This document shows positions 1-9,955 of a DNA stretch of 43,895 bases, piece after piece. The notes beneath the pieces are model-generated. The model did not search any database. It had not been told where the DNA came from and saw nothing but the letters and a program-made list of their open reading frames with translations. Where the stretch lies: the sequence record SRR2962707_648; one strand, given 5' to 3'. Numbering within the stretch: the first letter of the stretch is position 1; the number at the start of each line of letters is the position of its first letter. The position numbers were made by a program, and so were the translations under genes.

Positions 1-339
1 TGATGCTCCCCCAGTAATACCAATAATGTCAGGAGAGGCTAACGGATTGCGGATCATGGATTGCAACACCAGCCCTGAAGATGCCAACGCAGCGCCGACC
101 ATAGCCGCCATCAAGACCCTTGGTAAACGCAAGGTCTCGACAATAAAATGAGCACCTTGATCTTCGTTTCCAAGAAGCACAGCAATGACTCTAAAAGGAG
201 ATATCGACTCGTCCCCTAAGCATAACGACAGCAAAATAATCGCTAAAAAAACACCCATAGCGATGAAACATGCGCCAATGGAACGCCTAGGCACAGAAAA
301 CGAGAAGAGTCGATTACGAACTGAAAAAGAATTATCCAC
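1..339 (-). CDS. FecCD/FhuB-family iron-siderophore ABC permease (FecD-like), 3' part outside the window
   Basis: Not in the ORF track; translated by hand from GTG at 339, which overlaps the stop of the upstream permease. Reads [10 protein letters not shown]...[49 protein letters not shown], containing the RLPR and RNPLASP FecCD motifs. Confidence 0.92.
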   Translation of the reverse strand, partial: MDNSFSVRNRLFSFSVPRRSIGACFIAMGVFLAIILLSLCLGDESISPFRVIAVLLGNEDQGAHFIVETLRLPRVLMAAMVGAALASSGLVLQSMIRNPLASPDIIGITGGAS

Positions 340-1345
340 GTTGACTCCCCTTTCGAGCCAAATAAACAAAGAATGGCACACCTAATATGGCCGTTGTCAC
401 ACCAATGGGAACTTCTTCGGGCATGATCACAAAACGACTGATTAAATCCGCGCAAAGCAGAAGAACCGCGCCCCATAATGCACTTATTGGAATCAACCAT
501 TTATGATCACGGCCAACAACAAATCGCGTCATATGCGGAACAATCAAACCAATAAAACCAATGTTGCCAGCCAAGGCCACCGAACCACCCGCCAGCCCGA
601 TAATCAATACACTTAACAGAACTTTGATAATGACCGTGTTTTGACCTAAGCCTTTAGCAACATCATCCCCTGACAGTAGAATATTAATGTGTGGTGCTGC
701 CAAAATAGCCACTACAATAGCCACTGAAAAATAAGGTATCAGGGGTATAACCATGTCTAAAGAGCGTCCTGAAACAGACCCAGCCACCCAGAATAAAACA
801 CTGTCTAATCCTTCTTGTCCAACGACTAACATGCCTTGAGTAAAAGCCATAAAAAGAGCAGATATCGCTGCACCTGATAACACTATGCGTACCGGTGAAA
901 GCCCATCGCGCCCCAAACTCCCCAAGCCATAAACCAGCCCCCCCGCTATTGCTGCGCCTAAAAAAGCCAAGCAAAGCAAAGCGTTTAACGACGCAACAGA
1001 AAAGAAAGTTGAAAACAGCACAATAAAAAAGACAGCCCCAGCATTGACCCCAAAAATCGAAGGTGATGCCAACGAGTTCCGAGTCAGTGCTTGCATCAAT
1101 ACGCCAGATACCGCTAATGCAGAGCCCACTAAACAAGCAAGAATGGCTCGCGATAAACGCGTAGTCCTAATGATTACGTGATCAATAGATTGGGGGTCGA
1201 ACATCCAAAAAGCCGACCAGACGTGCTTAAGAGGAATGGCATACAACCCAAAGGCAATACTGGCCATAAACGCCATAAGCAAACAAATCAAAGACAGGGC
1301 AAGGACACCCCATCGAAACGGCACATTACTAGAAAAAGATGTCAT
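332..1345 (-). CDS. FecCD-family iron-siderophore ABC permease (FecC-like)
   Basis: Multi-TM protein with [36 protein letters not shown] and [16 protein letters not shown] motifs; lies between the binding protein and a second permease. Confidence 0.95.
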   Translation of the reverse strand: MTSFSSNVPFRWGVLALSLICLLMAFMASIAFGLYAIPLKHVWSAFWMFDPQSIDHVIIRTTRLSRAILACLVGSALAVSGVLMQALTRNSLASPSIFGVNAGAVFFIVLFSTFFSVASLNALLCLAFLGAAIAGGLVYGLGSLGRDGLSPVRIVLSGAAISALFMAFTQGMLVVGQEGLDSVLFWVAGSVSGRSLDMVIPLIPYFSVAIVVAILAAPHINILLSGDDVAKGLGQNTVIIKVLLSVLIIGLAGGSVALAGNIGFIGLIVPHMTRFVVGRDHKWLIPISALWGAVLLLCADLISRFVIMPEEVPIGVTTAILGVPFFVYLARKGSQRG

Positions 1346-2277
1346 CGAATGGGCTTAGCATCAGAAATAGGTAAATGATAAATGCGATACAATTGATCCA
1401 ACATGAGGTTCGCCCCCATAATGCCACCTGAAAGCAACCAAGCGACATGATCGACTTCGTACACTTGCTTGTGCTTAGGCGCCTTCAGCATTTTCCACAG
1501 TGGATGGGATTGCCAAGCACGATAATTTTGCCTCACCGTCGCTTCGTCAGATTGCAGAATGATAAAAAACACATCGGCATTCACACTTGGCAGGGCTTCT
1601 TTGCTTTTTAGTTTGATCCCCCACCCTGTTTTATTCGGCATTGGAAAGCTAAAACCAATTTCTTTTAATATCTTTCCAGGAAAGCTTTGCGGTAAATACA
1701 AACGTAAATGATCGGCGCGTACATTCAAAATAGAGACTGTCTGCGGCCATTGCTCAGCGTATTTACTAATGCCATTTCGCAGATCTTTGATGCGCTTTTG
1801 AAAAGCCAACCATATTCTCTTCCCCTTATTAACTTCACCAAGGGCTTTAGCACTGAGAGCCAATGTCGCCTTAAAGTCATCAACATTCTCTGCCATGATC
1901 GTTGGTGCAATCTTGGACAACTGACTATAAATTCTTTCATGGCGAGGCTTGGCGGCAATAATCAAATCTGGTTTTAACGCTAAAATGCTTTCTATATTTG
2001 GTTGCGTCTCTAGCCCCACGTGCGCCACACCTTTTAACGCATGCCGTAAATAACCATAAGTGGGCTGTTGCGCCCATGAATCCACTACGCCAACGGGCGT
2101 CACACCCAATGCCACGACAGAATCCGTTGCCCCTTGAAACAAGGTAACGACGCGTATTGAAGAGCTCTTGTCATGACCAGCCGTTGCTTCACCAGCGACT
2201 GCGCTCTGAGCCGACAATAAAAGCAGCGCCAACACCGACAAAACCAAAGATAATGAACTTAATCGACCGATCGACAT
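1342..2277 (-). CDS. Periplasmic iron-siderophore binding protein (FecB/FhuD family)
   Basis: Signal peptide; RVVTL, ALGVTPVG, VGLETQPNIESILALKPDLII and LSKIAPT motifs. Start taken as ATG at 2277 rather than the ORF-track start at 2346, which lies inside the Fur box. Confidence 0.92.
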   Translation of the reverse strand: MSIGRLSSLSLVLSVLALLLLSAQSAVAGEATAGHDKSSSIRVVTLFQGATDSVVALGVTPVGVVDSWAQQPTYGYLRHALKGVAHVGLETQPNIESILALKPDLIIAAKPRHERIYSQLSKIAPTIMAENVDDFKATLALSAKALGEVNKGKRIWLAFQKRIKDLRNGISKYAEQWPQTVSILNVRADHLRLYLPQSFPGKILKEIGFSFPMPNKTGWGIKLKSKEALPSVNADVFFIILQSDEATVRQNYRAWQSHPLWKMLKAPKHKQVYEVDHVAWLLSGGIMGANLMLDQLYRIYHLPISDAKPIR

Positions 2278-2341
2278 CCTAAACAACACCCTTAAACCCA
2301 CAACATGTCTCTGTATTTTAAATAACAGCGTTGCGATCATA

Positions 2342-2363
2342 CACAATAATGATTCTCATTTCT
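2342..2363. promoter_or_regulatory. Fur box upstream of the iron ABC operon
   Basis: CACAATAATGATTCTCATT (2342-2360) fits AATGANAATNATTNTCATT at 16 of 19 positions; about 65 nt upstream of an iron-uptake gene. Confidence 0.8.
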
Positions 2364-2653
2364 TTGTGTATTAAGAAATCTTAGTAAATCAAGCTTAAAA
2401 ACTCACAGTATATATGGGTCAACCGGCTGCGCAGACGTGACTTTAATAGCGCGACGACAGGAAGTCGTCCTGTTAAAACCTGATTTGCCATACTCAAAAT
2501 TCCAATCGCTTTTGCATCCTGCTGACCCGCCAAAAATGTGGAAGCATGTGATCCAGCCGAGCGCCTTAATAGCTTGAAAAGCTCAATGAGAGCAAACCAT
2601 GACGTGTGCCGGTATAGGGGCGTTCGCATGAAGAGAGCAAGATGACCTTATGA

Positions 2654-2905
2654 AGCAATGTTTATAAGGTCATTAAAGCACCCACTTTATTGATTATTGG
2701 TACGCGAGATAGAACCGCGATAGGAAAACCATTAGTGTCTGCTGAAGTCAGAAAAACAATGGGACGCTATGACAAATTGGGCAAATTAACTCAGCAAACT
2801 ATCCCAAACAGTACCTTAGTTGAAATACCGAATGTTGGTCATTTACCGCACATTGAAGCTTTCAATCAATTTATAACCCCTTTAGAAGCATTTTTAGCAA
2901 AATAA
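2654..2905 (+). pseudogene. C-terminal remnant of an alpha/beta-fold hydrolase
   Basis: The frame reads IKAPTLLIIGTRDRTAIG...IPNSTLVEIPNVGHLPHIEAFNQF, covering the acid and His regions of the catalytic triad. There is an in-frame TGA at 2651-2653 and no GxSxG nucleophile region upstream. Confidence 0.8.
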
Positions 2906-2927
2906 AGGCAAGAAGTACAAACTAAAC

Positions 2928-2960
2928 GCAACCTCTCTGCCTTAGGGGCTAAGAGGTTGC
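2928..2960 (+). terminator. Stem-loop after the hydrolase remnant, possible terminator
   Basis: GCAACCTCT...AGAGGTTGC 9-bp inverted repeat; no U-tract. Confidence 0.4.
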
Positions 2961-3196
2961 ATAATCAACCTACTCCATCACGCTAAAGCGACACAGCCCC
3001 TCTTTTTGGATGGCTCTGTGTGCTCGCTCCCCCTACCGTGCCTCTCTCGCTTCGCTTTATTGACCAATATCAAGTGATATCGCATACAAAACGACATCTA
3101 TCATGGAAGCGCGCCCACCCGATAGACGCCACCTCCCAGACTACGTACTATTAATAACAAACCATTACAATTCGCAATGAGCAGAAGGCAAGCCTC

Positions 3197-4021
3197 ATGA
3201 CCAGTTTCTCCGCGCCGAGCGTCCAACTTTGTTATTTCTCACGACTGAATGATTCAGAGTGTGAAGCGGTAACATTGGTTGAAGAAGCGCCTCTTGCCAT
3301 CAGCATTAATGACATTACTCATGCCATTATGATGGTCACGCCGACGGCGCTGGATGCGTTTGCTATTGGTTTTGCTTTCAGTGAAGGTTTGATTGAAAGT
3401 GCACAAGATATTCGCGACATTAGTATAGAGAGAACCCCTACCCAACACGCTGGCATTGACGGATTTGCGATCAACCTGGTTATCAGTCAACGCCGCTTTA
3501 ACGAGTTTAAAAAAGGTCGCGTTGCTCGCTTAGGAGCAACAGGGTGCGGTCTGTGTGGGGTAGAATCGTTAGACTATGCATTGCCTCAACTGACCTCTCT
3601 CATGCCAAGCGACATACTGTCAGATGATATTTTACGCACCTTAAAAGACCGCCTCTTTGAACACCAGGTCATCGGCAAAGAAACTGGCGCCATCCATGCT
3701 GCGCTCTTGATCACGCCACAAGGTGAGGCTCTCATCGCGATGGAAGACATTGGCCGCCATAATGCGCTCGATAAAGTCCTTGGCTATGCCCTCAAACACG
3801 GCATTGATCTCCACAATCACAGCGTTGTGATGTCGAGTCGATGCAGCACAGAACTGATACAAAAAGCCGTTCGTTCAGGCTTATCTTGTTTGATTCATCT
3901 CGCCTCGCCAAGCACCCTAGCGGTGGCACTGGCGCGACAATATGGTTTGACCCTTATTCATTTACCCAAGAAAGACGCTCCGAGAATTTTTGCGCCGTCT
4001 TCTCAACTTAAAGGCAACTAA
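3197..4021 (+). CDS. fdhD: Formate dehydrogenase accessory sulfurtransferase FdhD
   Basis: EEAPLAI, MMVTP, GFAFSEGLI, GCGLCGVESL, TGAIHAA and EDIGRHNALDKVLG motifs. Confidence 0.96.
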   Translation: MTSFSAPSVQLCYFSRLNDSECEAVTLVEEAPLAISINDITHAIMMVTPTALDAFAIGFAFSEGLIESAQDIRDISIERTPTQHAGIDGFAINLVISQRRFNEFKKGRVARLGATGCGLCGVESLDYALPQLTSLMPSDILSDDILRTLKDRLFEHQVIGKETGAIHAALLITPQGEALIAMEDIGRHNALDKVLGYALKHGIDLHNHSVVMSSRCSTELIQKAVRSGLSCLIHLASPSTLAVALARQYGLTLIHLPKKDAPRIFAPSSQLKGN

Positions 4022-4024
4022 ATC

Positions 4025-6349
4025 ATGTCTAAAAACAATTTCTTTACCCCTTATAAAGGTCCAGCTGGCGGCTGGGGAGCACTACAAAGTACAACCAAAC
4101 ACTGGCTAAAAAGCGACAACGTTGTACGTAACGTGTTTACCATGCTCAAAACAAACCAACCGAATGGTTTTGACTGCCCAGGCTGTGCTTGGGGTGAAAA
4201 ACACGACCCAGCTAAAATTCGCTTTTGTGAAAATGGCGCCAAAGCCGTCAACTGGGAAGCCACCTCTCGCCGTGTTGATGCCGATTTTTTCAAACAACAC
4301 AGTGTGAGCTGGCTAAACACACAAAGTGATTACTTTCTAGAATACCAAGGTCGCCTCACTGAACCGATGCGTTATAATGCAGAAACAGACCATTATGAAC
4401 CTATCTCATGGGATCAGGCTTTCACTCAAATAGCCGAGTCTTTAAAAGCTCAAGAAGACCCAAATCAAGTGGCTTTCTACACTTCTGGTCGAGCCAGTAA
4501 CGAAGCGGCTTTTATCTATCAGTTATTTGCCCGCGCTTATGGCACCAATAATTTCCCAGACTGCTCAAACATGTGTCATGAAGCCAGTGGTTATGCCCTA
4601 ATCAGTAGTTTAGGCATAGGCAAAGGCTCAGTGGAAATCGACGATTTTGACCGCGCTGACGCCGTCTTTGTATTTGGCCAAAACCCTGGCACTAACCACC
4701 CACGTATGCTTGAAACATTGCGAGAAGTGGTTTCTCGTGGCGCACAACTGCTTACTTTCAATACCCTGCGTGAGCGTGGACTTGAGCGTTTTCAAAACCC
4801 TCAAAACCCAATTGAAATGCTTACCAATGGTTCCAAGCCAACCAATACAAACTATTATTGCCCTAAAATTGGCGGCGATATGGCGACGGTTCGAGGCATA
4901 GTCAAAGTCTTAATCGAGATGAAAAGTGCCGCGCAAAAAGAAGGCAAAGCCGTTTTTGATCATGAGTTTATTCAACAACACACACAAGGTATGGATGATT
5001 ACCTAGCAGAAGTTGAAAAAACGCCATGGGACGCTATTTTGACTCAATCTGGCTTAAGCAAAGAAGAGATTTATCATTGCGCTGAAGTCTATGCAAAGGC
5101 CAACAGCGTCATCTGCACATGGGCAATGGGCATCACACAACATCACCACTCTGTCGCGATTATCCACGAAATCGTAAACTTGCTCGCGTTACGAGGCAAT
5201 ATCGGCAAACCAGGCGCTGGCACCTGCCCAGTACGTGGCCACAGTAATGTTCAGGGTGATCGCACCATGGGCATTAATGAAGCCCCATCCAAAGCCTTCT
5301 TAGATTCAATGGAAAAACATTTTGGTTTTCCTCAGCCACAAGAACATGGCTTAAACGTGGTGCAAACCATCCAAGCCATTCAAGCGAAAAAAGTACGTGT
5401 CTTTATCGCTCTTGGTGGTAATTTCGCGGCTGCGACACCTGACACAGAAGCCACTAAAGAAGCTCTCAGAAGCTGTGAGCTAATCGTTCAGATCAGTACC
5501 AAGCTCAACCGCTCTCACCTGACCATTGGTGAAAATGCGTTGATCTTGCCGTGTTTCGGTCGTACTGACATTGACCATCAAGCCACTGGCGTACAACGCG
5601 TCACCGTGGAAGATTCATTCAGCATGGTGCACGCCTCTGGTGGCGTAATGGAACCACTTAGCCCAGAGCAACGCTCAGAGCCTGCTATTATCGCGGGTAT
5701 GGCACAAGCGACATTAGGGGACTTTCCGCTAAATTGGGAAGAATTGGCTGGCGATTACTCTCTCATTCGCCAACATATTGAAGCGGTGATTCCAGGGTTC
5801 GACAATTTCAATCAGCGCATAGAACAAGAAGGTGGGTTTTATTTAGGCAACAGTGCCAGAGAGCGTAACTGGAAAACCCCAGCAGGCAAAGCCATTATGC
5901 ACACTCATGCTCTACCGGAATCTATATTGCCTAAAAACGCACAGGACTTAGCGTCTGATACGACCTTAGTATTGCAAACGCTTCGTTCACACGATCAATA
6001 CAATACGACCATTTATGGCATGGATGACCGTTACCGAGGCATCAAGGGCGAGCGTCAGGTGCTGTTTATTAACCCTGCAGACATCAAGCGTCTTGGCTAC
6101 CAAGAAGGCGACAGCGTGACATTACGCTCTTTGTGGGACGATGGTGTAGAACGTAAAGTCAGCGGCTTTAAACTGGTTCCTTACAGCATCCCTGCTGGCA
6201 ATATTGCCGCGTATTACCCAGAGACCAACCCTCTGGTACCACTGAACAGCCATGGTGAGTTTAGTTACACGCCTACCTCGAAGAGCATAGCGATCGAGCT
6301 TGAGCCGTACCAAGAACCCACCAGCAAAATAGCCTCTGTTTCGAACTAA
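4025..6349 (+). CDS. ydeP: FdhF/YdeP-family molybdopterin oxidoreductase (Fdh4-type formate dehydrogenase alpha subunit)
   Basis: GFDCPGCAW, FCENGAKA, YTSGRASNE, NNFPDCSNMCHE, RGHSNVQGDRTMG, TLRSHDQYNTTIYG and AAYYPETN motifs; 3 nt after fdhD. Confidence 0.93.
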   Translation: MSKNNFFTPYKGPAGGWGALQSTTKHWLKSDNVVRNVFTMLKTNQPNGFDCPGCAWGEKHDPAKIRFCENGAKAVNWEATSRRVDADFFKQHSVSWLNTQSDYFLEYQGRLTEPMRYNAETDHYEPISWDQAFTQIAESLKAQEDPNQVAFYTSGRASNEAAFIYQLFARAYGTNNFPDCSNMCHEASGYALISSLGIGKGSVEIDDFDRADAVFVFGQNPGTNHPRMLETLREVVSRGAQLLTFNTLRERGLERFQNPQNPIEMLTNGSKPTNTNYYCPKIGGDMATVRGIVKVLIEMKSAAQKEGKAVFDHEFIQQHTQGMDDYLAEVEKTPWDAILTQSGLSKEEIYHCAEVYAKANSVICTWAMGITQHHHSVAIIHEIVNLLALRGNIGKPGAGTCPVRGHSNVQGDRTMGINEAPSKAFLDSMEKHFGFPQPQEHGLNVVQTIQAIQAKKVRVFIALGGNFAAATPDTEATKEALRSCELIVQISTKLNRSHLTIGENALILPCFGRTDIDHQATGVQRVTVEDSFSMVHASGGVMEPLSPEQRSEPAIIAGMAQATLGDFPLNWEELAGDYSLIRQHIEAVIPGFDNFNQRIEQEGGFYLGNSARERNWKTPAGKAIMHTHALPESILPKNAQDLASDTTLVLQTLRSHDQYNTTIYGMDDRYRGIKGERQVLFINPADIKRLGYQEGDSVTLRSLWDDGVERKVSGFKLVPYSIPAGNIAAYYPETNPLVPLNSHGEFSYTPTSKSIAIELEPYQEPTSKIASVSN

Positions 6350-6370
6350 CAATAATATAATGCCGCAATA

Positions 6371-6411
6371 AAAAAGCCTCCTGCCAGATTAAATCTGGCA
6401 GGAGGCTTTTT
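6371..6411. terminator. Bidirectional intrinsic terminator
   Basis: Perfect 20-bp inverted repeat AAAAAGCCTCCTGCCAGATT-A-AATCTGGCAGGAGGCTTTTT between convergent genes. Confidence 0.9.
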
Positions 6412-6464
6412 AATAAAAGGGAGTGAATACAATTGATTTTAAAGAGTTTTCATAAAAAACGCTA

Positions 6465-6881
6465 TTAAGCATTGGTTTCGCTGTTAGCTGAACACTCTTC
6501 TTTTTTGTGTAATATGACAGTTGTATTGCTATCATATTTCCACATATCACCAGTTGCCCAATCGATGCCAAAACCATATATATTCAGGATATTAGCCCAG
6601 TAAGATGGGGTTACACGTTTTTTTACAGTCGTTACAGTTCTGTCATAGCATTTGTCTGTTACAGTAACTTTAACACCTTCATTTGAAGGGGAAGCAACGA
6701 CTGTTGCTGGAAGTCTTGTAGGATACACTCCATCGCTAGATTGGACTTCAACTTTGACGCCTTCTTGGCTATCAGACCCTCTTACCATCATAGTCTGACT
6801 GCCATTATTAAACATAGTAGAACAACCAGAAAGTAATACTATTGATGAAAGTAGCGCCAGTTTGGTTTTCACTTTTGACAT
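6465..6881 (-). CDS. Hypothetical lipoprotein (138 aa)
   Basis: MSKVKTKLALLSSIVLLSGC lipobox; C-terminal WANILNIYGFGIDWATGDMWKY segment; start at ATG 6881. Confidence 0.8.
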   Translation of the reverse strand: MSKVKTKLALLSSIVLLSGCSTMFNNGSQTMMVRGSDSQEGVKVEVQSSDGVYPTRLPATVVASPSNEGVKVTVTDKCYDRTVTTVKKRVTPSYWANILNIYGFGIDWATGDMWKYDSNTTVILHKKEECSANSETNA

Positions 6882-7085
6882 TTTATATATCCCTAAACAA
6901 TCCATATTAAAAAAACGACCACATTAAAAGTAAATCAATCACAACAATTATTAAAAAAACAGCCTACTAAACCATACTCCCTTATTATTAATGCCTGTGC
7001 TATTTTATAGCGATCAATGCAATTTATAAAATTCAATTTTTTGGCATTATCTTTCTCTTAGCTACAAGCTAACGAATGAACAATA

Positions 7086-8549
7086 CTAATGACGCCAAAG
7101 GACGGGGAAGAACAGTACCAGCACGGTAAAGTACTCCAAGCGCCCTAGGATCATCGCAAAGCTCATCATCCATGTTCCTGTATCGGTAAGAGGCGCGAAA
7201 CTACTGCCAAGCTCTGCAAAGCCAGGCCCCAGTACATTCAAGCACGCTGCGGTTGCACTGAGCGCAGCCACAAAGCTCAACCCTGTCGTCATCAATAAAA
7301 CCGTAAAGACCATGGTGGTCAGAGCAGCCAGACACATAAAGCCCATCACCGAATGGCGCACATCCGCGCCAATCGTGCGTCCTTGAAACTTCATCGCAAA
7401 CACGCCATTAGGGTGTACCAGCCGCTTCAGCTCCAAGCCGACAGACTTCAAGGAAATAATATTCCGAATGACTTTATTCCCTCCTGCCGTTGACCCAGCG
7501 CACCCCCCAATATAACCAACAAAAATCAATACCACAGCCGTCACAGCAGGCCATGCACTTAAATCGGTTGCTGCAAATCCGGTACTGGTGATGAATGAAA
7601 TAATATGGAAAAAGGATTCCGTGAAAGCGCCGCTAAAGGTCGCATTAGCGCCTTTTTGGTAAAGATAAAAAGCCAGCAAACAAGAAATCACAAAGACGAT
7701 CATTAAAAAGGCTTTCATTTCTTCATCACGCCAGTAAAGCTTGATGTTCTTCGCTAAATAAACACGGTAGTGTAATGCAAAGTTAGTGGCCCCAAGCAGC
7801 ATAAAGACGTTGCAAATCCACAACAATAAACTGCTATGAAAATACCCCATACTGGCATCATGGGTAGAGAAGCCTCCCGTTGATACGGTCGAAAAGCTAT
7901 GACCTATAGCGTCAAAAACCGACATCCCTGCTAGGTAATAACAGATGGCGCACAAGGCGGTAATGGTCAGATAGACAAGCCAAAGATAATGCGTTGTACT
8001 GGCGACCCTAGGTGACAGTTTTTCGTCTTTAATCGGCCCAGGTGTTTCTGCTTTTAACAGTCGCATGCCGCCAATGTTAAGCATTGGCAGAATCGCCACC
8101 ACAAAAATAACCACACCTAAGCCACCCATCCATTGTAAAAACTGCCGGTACATCAAAAAAGTACGCGGCATGTCATCAAGACCAGACAGCACTGTGGCGC
8201 CTGTTGTCGTCAACGCACTAATGGATTCAAACACCCCATCGGTAAAGGTGACGTGGGCAATCGTAACAATGGGAATGGCACCCAGCACGCCGACAGCCAA
8301 CCAGGTTAAGCTGGCAAACAGCATGGCTTCGCGGGTTGAAACAGAGGGCAACTGGTATTTTTTGAAGGCGATCAACAACACCAAAGAAACGCCTAAAGTA
8401 ATAGACGCAGGCATGGCAAAGTTACTTGCTACATTGTCTTTAAACAGCATAAAAGACAACTCACCAAACACTAACTGCACCAAACCCATCCATAAACAAG
8501 GCATAGTCAATAATCTAAGGACTAATAGAGGCCGAATCATGTGCGGCAA
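7086..8549 (-). CDS. trkH: Trk-type potassium uptake membrane protein
   Basis: Pore-loop motifs FESISALTTTGAT, STVSTGGFS, ITSTGF and LNVLGPG, plus QWMGGLG, GGCAGSTAGG and ILGRLE. The start may be ATG at 8540. Confidence 0.95.
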   Translation of the reverse strand: MPHMIRPLLVLRLLTMPCLWMGLVQLVFGELSFMLFKDNVASNFAMPASITLGVSLVLLIAFKKYQLPSVSTREAMLFASLTWLAVGVLGAIPIVTIAHVTFTDGVFESISALTTTGATVLSGLDDMPRTFLMYRQFLQWMGGLGVVIFVVAILPMLNIGGMRLLKAETPGPIKDEKLSPRVASTTHYLWLVYLTITALCAICYYLAGMSVFDAIGHSFSTVSTGGFSTHDASMGYFHSSLLLWICNVFMLLGATNFALHYRVYLAKNIKLYWRDEEMKAFLMIVFVISCLLAFYLYQKGANATFSGAFTESFFHIISFITSTGFAATDLSAWPAVTAVVLIFVGYIGGCAGSTAGGNKVIRNIISLKSVGLELKRLVHPNGVFAMKFQGRTIGADVRHSVMGFMCLAALTTMVFTVLLMTTGLSFVAALSATAACLNVLGPGFAELGSSFAPLTDTGTWMMSFAMILGRLEYFTVLVLFFPVLWRH

Positions 8550-8751
8550 ACACTCCTATTAAAACGTAGGCATATTTTATGGAAACGTATTGTTGGAACA
8601 CATTCTGTCATTATTGAGTGAAGGGGCCAGCGCACGACATGGCCAATAATGACAGTCAAATCTCAACCAAGTGGCGAGGCTCGGTATAGTACGCCATAAG
8701 TTTGCTATATAGAAGATTGAACACAAAGGTTAAGCTTATTCAGTGAATTAA

Positions 8752-8779
8752 AAAGCCCAGTAATTGCTTACTGGGCTTT
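8752..8779 (-). terminator. Intrinsic terminator of the puuA-potF transcript
   Basis: AAAGCCCAGTAA-TTGC-TTACTGGGCTTT hairpin with a U-run on the minus strand. Confidence 0.8.
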
Positions 8780-8830
8780 CGTTATGATCACCTACTCGCT
8801 TCAGTGCAAGTCGTGGTGTCTTGCTGATAT

Positions 8831-9955
8831 CTATTGGCCGGTTTTTACATGCATCCAGATGCGGGTCATAAGACGATCAATTTTAGGTCCTCGCAGTTTC
8901 TGGGTGAACAAACGCTTTTTCACCTCTGCAGAAGGATAAATACTCGGATTATTAGAGATGTCTTGATCCTGCAAAGCAGTCGCCTTCATGTTCGGATTCG
9001 CATAAGCCACATAGTTAGTCACTTCTGCAATCACTTCTGGCTCCATTAGATAGTTAATGAATGCCAACGCCGCATCCATATTTTTAGCGCCTTTTGGAAT
9101 GCCTAACATATCAAACCAAATTTGCGTGCCTTCTTTGGGAATGCTGTAACTAACCTCAACCCCATTGTCCGCTTCAGCGGCACGGTCTTGTGCTTGGATC
9201 ACATCGCCAGACCAACCAATCGCCACACAGATATCACCGTTTGCTAGAGCACTAATATAAGCAGAAGAGTGGAATTGGCTAACGTAAGGGCGAACCGAAT
9301 CAAGTAACTTCACTGGCGCGCTGTCTAGGGCGTAGTCTTTCGGGTTACGAGAATTCGGGTCCATGCCTAGGTAGTTCAGCGCAAGCGGGTAAAGCTCATC
9401 TGGTGAATCTAAGAACATGACGCCACACTGCTGAAGTTTCTTCATGTTTTCTGGTTTGAACACCAGATCCCAACTGTCTACAGGCGCGTCCTTACCGAGA
9501 ACTTCTTCGACTTTTTTCTTGTTGTAACCAATGCCAGTAGTGCCCCATAAATACGGCACGCCATATTGGTTGCCCGGATCGGCATTTTGCAAATAAGACA
9601 GTAGCTCTGGATCGATGTTTTTCAAATTAGGCAATTTAGACTTGTCTAGCTTTTGAAATGCACCGGCTTGAATCTGACGCCCCATAAAGGACGCCGTTGG
9701 CACGACCACATCATAGCCAGAGCTGCCTGCTAGCAATTTAGCTTCCAGCACTTCGTTGCTATCAAACACATCCGCCACCACATTGATGCCAGTTTGCTTC
9801 TCAAAGTTCTCAATCGTATGTTCGCCAATGTAATCAGACCAGTTGAAAAACTTAAGTTCTTCTTCAGCCAAACCTGTTATTGGTGTTGCCACCGCCGCCA
9901 TAACGGCCAGTGGTGATATCATACGTTTAAACGAATGGGATAAAGCGCTTTTCAT
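8831..9955 (-). CDS. potF: Putrescine/polyamine ABC periplasmic binding protein (PotF/SpuD)
   Basis: NWSDYI, DVFDSNEVLEAKLLAGSSGYDVVVP, PYLWGTTGIGYN, GWSGDVIQA and IPKEG motifs; start at ATG 9955 behind a GAGG. Confidence 0.92.
   Translation of the reverse strand: MKSALSHSFKRMISPLAVMAAVATPITGLAEEELKFFNWSDYIGEHTIENFEKQTGINVVADVFDSNEVLEAKLLAGSSGYDVVVPTASFMGRQIQAGAFQKLDKSKLPNLKNIDPELLSYLQNADPGNQYGVPYLWGTTGIGYNKKKVEEVLGKDAPVDSWDLVFKPENMKKLQQCGVMFLDSPDELYPLALNYLGMDPNSRNPKDYALDSAPVKLLDSVRPYVSQFHSSAYISALANGDICVAIGWSGDVIQAQDRAAEADNGVEVSYSIPKEGTQIWFDMLGIPKGAKNMDAALAFINYLMEPEVIAEVTNYVAYANPNMKATALQDQDISNNPSIYPSAEVKKRLFTQKLRGPKIDRLMTRIWMHVKTGQ

Noticed and set aside
684-1136. 150-aa alternative-frame ORF
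   Set aside because: Nested in the FecC-like permease; no motif.
2381-2629. 82-aa minus-strand ORF
   Set aside because: No recognisable motif or convincing ribosome-binding site; not called as a CDS.
2928-3196. Possible Moco riboswitch upstream of fdhD
   Set aside because: Hairpins are present, but I could not match the moaA-type motif; an Rfam scan would be needed.
6371-6411. Long perfect palindrome as a MITE or REP element
   Set aside because: Single copy, with A/T tails between convergent genes; adequately explained as a terminator. The same applies to 25407-25445.
8065-8562. 165-aa plus-strand ORF
   Set aside because: Antisense shadow of trkH.
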